64,000 nt of DNA from NCBI GenBank assembly GCA_963772895.1, contig CAVYZB010000010.1, forward strand, positions 39,670 to 103,669. The letters are read 5' to 3'. Each line of letters starts with the position of its first letter. Position 1 is the stretch's first letter. Below the pieces are notes generated by a model. That model searched no databases and was not told the origin of the DNA. It saw only the letters and a list, made by a program, of their open reading frames with translations. The position numbers were made by a program, and so were the translations under genes. Origin of the DNA: an uncultured Acidobacteriaceae bacterium. Lineage in GTDB: Bacteria; Acidobacteriota; Terriglobia; Terriglobales; Acidobacteriaceae. Shown here in pieces: positions 59,429 through 64,000 of this stretch.

Positions 59429-60216
59429 TAGTTCAACCCTCCTTTGGCCTTCATTAACTCAATCAGTTTGGCGATGACTTCTTCCCGGTCGCCTGCGAGC
59501 ATCTCGGCGCCCTTGCCGAGCGCGGGAACGAAGTAGTCCACCCGTTTGACCTTCGCTCCGGCATTCCCGACTGCACTTGCATCCACACCGAGGTCGGAAG
59601 CGCTGAAGGTCGGAACATCTACCGCCGCGACCTGCCGAATGCCTCGCATCCCGACGTAACGCGGCTCGTTGATGCCGGTCTGAATCGAGAGCACACAGGG
59701 GAGATCGATCTCGTTCATCTCCTTGTTGCCGCCTTCGATCTCGCGGCTCACCTTCAGCTTGCCGCCATCAACCGCAATGGAATTCACCAGAGAAGCGAAG
59801 GGATAGTCGAGCAGGGCCGCCAGCATTCCACCTACTTGGGCGCCGCCGTCCTCGGCCTGGACTCCGGTCAGGATCAGGTCGTAATGGCCCTTCTGCACGA
59901 ACGACTTCAAAGCCGTCGCAATTCCCTTGCCGTCCGATCCCTCGAATGCTTTGTCGGAAATCAACACGCCACGGTTTGCGCCCATGGCCATCTCTCGGCG
60001 CAGGACTTCCTCGTCGTCGTCGCTGCCGACCGTAACCACCGTGACCGTGCCACCGGCCTTGGCGGTGATCTGCAGGGCCTCTTCGACGGCGTAGTTGTCG
60101 GGTTCGTTGATCGAATAGACCAGATCGTCACGTTCGATATCGTTCCCGGCAGTGTTGAGTTGAATTTCGTTTTCCGAAGTGTCAGGTACTCGTCGTACGC
60201 AAACTAGAATTTCCAC
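59428..60216 (-). CDS. etfB: electron transfer flavoprotein subunit beta
   Basis: GTG at 60216 follows GGGGAG and gives VEILVCVRRVPDTSE..., the canonical EtfB N-terminus. The longer track ORF start adds 18 atypical residues. Confidence 0.9.
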   Translation of the reverse strand: MEILVCVRRVPDTSENEIQLNTAGNDIERDDLVYSINEPDNYAVEEALQITAKAGGTVTVVTVGSDDDEEVLRREMAMGANRGVLISDKAFEGSDGKGIATALKSFVQKGHYDLILTGVQAEDGGAQVGGMLAALLDYPFASLVNSIAVDGGKLKVSREIEGGNKEMNEIDLPCVLSIQTGINEPRYVGMRGIRQVAAVDVPTFSASDLGVDASAVGNAGAKVKRVDYFVPALGKGAEMLAGDREEVIAKLIELMKAKGGLN

Positions 60217-60277
60217 AGTTGCACTCCCCAATGGATTTGGTTCGAAAGTTATTGACCAGGTTCTACGCAAAAATGTT

Positions 60278-62398
60278 CTATGTGAGAACCTCGGCCGTCA
60301 GCTTGTCGTGTTCCAGTTGTACTGGCGCCGGCCGCACGAGCTGTTTGTCCACCAACTCCGCCAAGTCGATGGCGGTCATCTTGCCTTCCATGCCCGCAAC
60401 CTTGATCGCATCTTCGATATTCGCCATGCAGAAGGGGCACGCAGTTACGATCACATTGGCCCCAGCTTCGGCAGCCATCTGCACTCTCTTTACGCCCATC
60501 CTCTCGTCTTCTTTCGGCTCGTAGAACAGCATCAGCCCGCCACCGCCGCAGCAGAATGACCGGTCGCGGGAGCGGCTCATCTCGACCCTCTTCAAACCAG
60601 GAATCGCATCCAGCACATCGCGAGGATCGTCGTAAACCTGATTGTGCCGGCCGAGATAGCAGGGGTCGTGATAGGCATAAACGTCGGCGGCATTTTCTAC
60701 CGGATCGAGCTTGAGGTTGCCGGACTTCACCTCCCGGCAAATGACCTGGCTGATGTGCTCCACCGGCGGCACATCTTTGTAGTCATGCTTCAGCGCGTTG
60801 TAGGCGTGCGGATCGGCGGTCACGATTCTCTGGACCCCAGATGCCTTGATGGCGGCCACGTTTTGGTCTCGCAGCGCGATGAACAACGACTCTTCGCCAA
60901 AACGCCGTGCTTCATGTCCGCTATCCTTCTCAGCGGGGCCCAGGACGCCGAAATTCATCCCGGCCGAGTCGAGGATCCTGGCGGTAGCACGCCCGATCGA
61001 CTGCATGCGGTCGTCGTAGGAGGTGATGCTGTCGACGAAATACAAAGTGTCCGCAGTGCTCTTCCCGTCCAGCGTCTTAACGGCGCAAGTCGGGGCGAAA
61101 TCCTTGGCCTTGGTCCACTCGGCCCGTTTCTTCTCCATCTTGCCGTAGGGATTGCCGCGGCTCTCGAGCGCCTTCAGCGGCTTTTGCAGTGACTGCGGCA
61201 CGTTCCCATCGTCGATCATGCCGCGCCGCAAATCGACAATCTTGTCGATGTACTGGATCAGCAACGGGCACTCCTCTTCGCAGGCGCCGCAGGTCGTGCA
61301 AGACCAAATTTCGTCTTCGGAATAAATGCCACCAATCAACGGTGTGCCGTTGCCTGTGCTGCCGAACATCGGATAATGCTGGAAGGCATAGTCTCTTGCC
61401 TTGGTCGTGAGGAACCTTGGCGACAGCGGCCGTCCTACCGCATTGGCCGGGCATTGGTCCGAGCACCGTCCGCAGTCGGCACAGGAATAGAAATCGAGCA
61501 TGTGCTTCCAGGTGAAGTCTTCGAAGGTCTTCACCCCGAACGATTTCACCTGATCCAGATTCTCGTCACTGACGCCCCATCTCACCGGCTTCACGGTTCC
61601 ACGGTCCAATTTTGCGAAGTAGACATTGAACAGAGATGTTTCCACGTGGAACTGTATTCCGAACGGCCGATAGCACAGCAAGAAGTAAAAGGTCAGGACA
61701 TCGACAAAATAGGCGCTCAGATTCAGATTCTGAAGCGTGGTCAACGGCGTCGTAGCGAGAACACTCTTGAACACCCAGGGCAGCGATAGCAGAGCCAGAA
61801 ATTCAGCGGGCTGGCCTTGCTGCGTCTGATAGGCCGCCTTGCTGGCCTCAAACAAACTCTCAGTCGCCATTAGCAGCGCAATCAGGCCTAAGAGAAAGAT
61901 GGCGTCTGCCGGGTGACCTTTACCGTATCTGGAAGGCACCGCGTACCGCGCGGGCTTGAAGACGATCCGGCGAACAGCAGCAAAGATCATGCAGAGGAAG
62001 ACAATCGTCGCTGCGTAGTCCTTAACGATGCTGTAGATAAGGCCGATTCCCTCCGAGGAGCCAGGCAAAACGAAATTCGGGGAGACACCGAGGATCAGCA
62101 GAGAGAAGGCTTGAGTCGCCAGGATAAGGAAACCCGCAAAGAAGAGGATATGCATGACCCCGGCGGTCGGGTAGCGCGGATGCTTCCACTGCCCCAGCCA
62201 ATATTGCAATACCCTTTCCAATCGGACGAAAGGCCGATCGAAGCGCCAATCGCGTTCACCCTGGATGAGCGGCGTCAGCCGCTTCGACACGATATAGGAG
62301 AAGCACGCCAGTCCCAGAAGATTAAGGATTATAAAAAGGGTTCGCCCGGTTACCAACCAGTATGTAGCTTGCGCGGGGGACTGGATGCCTTCCACCAT
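60278..62398 (-). CDS. membrane-anchored (Fe-S)-binding oxidoreductase, HdrD/GlpC/DsrK-like with CCG domains (candidate ETF:quinone oxidoreductase)
   Basis: ATG at 62398 follows AGGAGAGG. The N-terminal roughly 250 aa are multi-TM. Two 4Fe-4S motifs are present (CADCGRCSDQCP and CTTCGACEEECP), as are cysteine-rich CCG motifs (...HDPCYLGR..., ...RSFCCGGGG..., ...VTACPFCM...). Confidence 0.8.
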   Translation of the reverse strand: MVEGIQSPAQATYWLVTGRTLFIILNLLGLACFSYIVSKRLTPLIQGERDWRFDRPFVRLERVLQYWLGQWKHPRYPTAGVMHILFFAGFLILATQAFSLLILGVSPNFVLPGSSEGIGLIYSIVKDYAATIVFLCMIFAAVRRIVFKPARYAVPSRYGKGHPADAIFLLGLIALLMATESLFEASKAAYQTQQGQPAEFLALLSLPWVFKSVLATTPLTTLQNLNLSAYFVDVLTFYFLLCYRPFGIQFHVETSLFNVYFAKLDRGTVKPVRWGVSDENLDQVKSFGVKTFEDFTWKHMLDFYSCADCGRCSDQCPANAVGRPLSPRFLTTKARDYAFQHYPMFGSTGNGTPLIGGIYSEDEIWSCTTCGACEEECPLLIQYIDKIVDLRRGMIDDGNVPQSLQKPLKALESRGNPYGKMEKKRAEWTKAKDFAPTCAVKTLDGKSTADTLYFVDSITSYDDRMQSIGRATARILDSAGMNFGVLGPAEKDSGHEARRFGEESLFIALRDQNVAAIKASGVQRIVTADPHAYNALKHDYKDVPPVEHISQVICREVKSGNLKLDPVENAADVYAYHDPCYLGRHNQVYDDPRDVLDAIPGLKRVEMSRSRDRSFCCGGGGLMLFYEPKEDERMGVKRVQMAAEAGANVIVTACPFCMANIEDAIKVAGMEGKMTAIDLAELVDKQLVRPAPVQLEHDKLTAEVLT

Positions 62399-62867
62399 GA
62401 TGCTCAACCTCTCCTACGGAGCGAGGTGTCGATTACTCCCGCAAATGTTATTCAGAGGGCCACGCAAGAAGCGGCTGCCGGACGCGCAGGACGAGAACAC
62501 CAAATTGCAGCACTTGCTTTCGCCCTCGCAACAATCGAGGAGTAGCTCAGGTTTGGTGTTCTGGCCTGAGTACCCGGGAGTACGCCTCAGTTTGAAGGGG
62601 ACGCGGACATATGTCTGTGATGCGAAGTATTGTGCGACTGTGACGTGGGATACGTCCTGGAGTGATGGCAACCGAATGCACCGTGCGGCCAACCACTAGG
62701 TGCGAAAAACTCTCGCCGTTTGTCATCCTGAGGGACGAGTCCGGTCGGCCTGGCAACTGGACGAGGAATCGAAGGGCTATCCCACCCATTCTTCCTTTGG
62801 TCCGGAATTCATGCGTGGTGTTCCGGCCCGCAGTCTCCGGAAGAATGAGGATTAGAATACAAGGGCA

Positions 62868-64000
62868 TTGCCACCTCCGCTCTCAACGCTGCAGAAGCTT
62901 CCTAAGCCCGCGGGCGGTGGCGCGCCCACGTGGCAAGGGCGTTTTCGCGCTCTGCGTTCCATTCCCGCTTTTCTCCGCCTGGTCTGGGAGACGCATCGTG
63001 GCTATGCCGTTGCCACAGTCGCGCTGCGGTTGCTACGCGCCGGCATCCCAGTCGCCACTCTCTGGGTCGCCAAATTGATTATTGACACTGTCGTGTCGGC
63101 GCGCATGGGGCGACCAAATATCTCCCGGCTTTGGTTTCTGGTTGGACTGGAGTTGCTGATTGTCTTCACTGGCGAAGTGTTAGATAAAGCATCCACGGCG
63201 GTAGAAGGATTGTTTGGCGACCTTTGCTCTCATCACATGAGTGAAAAGCTCATCAGTCATGCTGCCAAACTCGATTTATGCCATTTTGAAGATCCCGCAT
63301 TTTATGATCAACTGGAGCGCGCGCAGCGGCAGACCACGGGACGAATAGGTCTGCTTACGCAATTGTTGTCGGTTGGACAGGACTTTGTGACCCTGGTTTC
63401 ATTGGCCACGGCTATCTTTGTTTATGGACCGTGGCTGCTGGCTCTGCTGGTTGTCGCGGTGCTTCCCGGGTTTTTTGGTGAGGCCCACTTCAGTTCACTG
63501 GAGTATTCCCTGCTGCATCGCATGACGCCGGAACGGCGGCAGTTGGATTACCTGCAGTACGTGAGTGCCAGTGACAAGACAGCCAAGGAAGTGCAGATGT
63601 TCGGCTTGGCCGGCTGGCTGGTGGGCCGTTATCGGTTGCTCGCGCACCGATTTTATGAGGCAAATAAGCGCTTGGCCATCCGTAAAGGCATCGCTGCCAC
63701 AGCGCTTTCGTTGCTGGGAATTGCGGGATACTACGCAGCATATGTAGTCATACTCTGGCGCGGATTTTACGGTGTCATCACCATTGGCACGCTAACGTTT
63801 CTGGCCGCATCATTTTCGCGAAGCCGTGCCGTCACCGAACGAATGCTGCTGAGCGCCGGCAACATCTATGAGCAGTGCCTTTACATTCAGGACCTGCTCG
63901 ATTTCTTTCGCATGCAGCCAGCCATCGTCTCTCCGGTCGATGCTCTCCCAGTTCCAGCGCCCATAAGGCAAGGACTGGTTCTCGAAGACGTAGGTTTCCA
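62868..64000 (+). CDS. ABC transporter, fused permease/ATPase type (MsbA-like exporter), N-terminal TMD; continues past the window end
   Basis: The frame is open from the stop at 62853-55 to the window end and is not in the ORF track. My own translation is ...FLRLVWETHRGYAVATVALRLLRAGIPVATLWVAKLIIDTVV...DPAFYDQLERAQRQ...YVSASDKTAKEVQMFGL.... The only candidate start seen is TTG at 62868, so start confidence is low. Confidence 0.7.
   Translation, partial: MPPPLSTLQKLPKPAGGGAPTWQGRFRALRSIPAFLRLVWETHRGYAVATVALRLLRAGIPVATLWVAKLIIDTVVSARMGRPNISRLWFLVGLELLIVFTGEVLDKASTAVEGLFGDLCSHHMSEKLISHAAKLDLCHFEDPAFYDQLERAQRQTTGRIGLLTQLLSVGQDFVTLVSLATAIFVYGPWLLALLVVAVLPGFFGEAHFSSLEYSLLHRMTPERRQLDYLQYVSASDKTAKEVQMFGLAGWLVGRYRLLAHRFYEANKRLAIRKGIAATALSLLGIAGYYAAYVVILWRGFYGVITIGTLTFLAASFSRSRAVTERMLLSAGNIYEQCLYIQDLLDFFRMQPAIVSPVDALPVPAPIRQGLVLEDVGF

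Noticed and set aside
62408-62867. ORFs in the divergent region between the Fe-S oxidoreductase and the ABC transporter (62385..62699, 62414..62692, 62547..62789, 62662..63078).
   Set aside because: They are mutually overlapping, have no motifs, and sit in a region expected to hold two divergent promoters. I saw no convincing RNA structure beyond short hairpins.

Overview
GC-rich chromosomal segment. Gene content and small repeat families look like a soil Acidobacteriota (Terriglobia-type) genome, but this is inference only. I support about 45 protein genes and found no rRNA, tRNA, CRISPR array, transposase or integrase.

Left third:
- The housekeeping operon uppS-cdsA-dxr-rseP and XRE regulators.
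- A membrane-integrity module: XRE, NfeD, flotillin, a small TM ORF and PspA.
- Two paralogous secreted proteins, one with a cysteine-free VWD-like domain.
- Ergothioneine genes egtB-egtD, prfB with its classical programmed +1 frameshift, lnt and thiC.

Right two thirds:
- An envelope-glycoconjugate neighbourhood: MacB-type permease, a split EamA/ArnEF-like pair, AsnB, an ArnT/PMT-like GT-C enzyme, a UDP-sulfoquinovose synthase homologue, a GT21-like glycosyltransferase and SDRs.
- Next to it, a minus-strand operon encoding a roughly 3078-codon PUFA-synthase-like megasynthase (KS-AT-KS-5xACP-KR-DH), a roughly 1883-codon single-chain biotin carboxylase (BC-BCCP-CT) and an Sfp-type PPTase.
- This operon is preceded by an ACAD-EtfBA-membrane Fe-S oxidoreductase operon.

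Most unusual observations:
- All five tandem carrier domains have Thr where the phosphopantetheinyl Ser is expected.
- The synthase has an extra KS, and no CLF, FabA-type DH or ER partners are in view.
- Heptamer CAAYTAG arrays supply the stop codons of two genes.
- At least seven single-nucleotide frame disruptions sit in otherwise intact conserved genes: dxr, egtB, a Rieske oxygenase, a CadC-like regulator, the carboxylase, and the megasynthase twice. Assembly indel errors explain these most simply.
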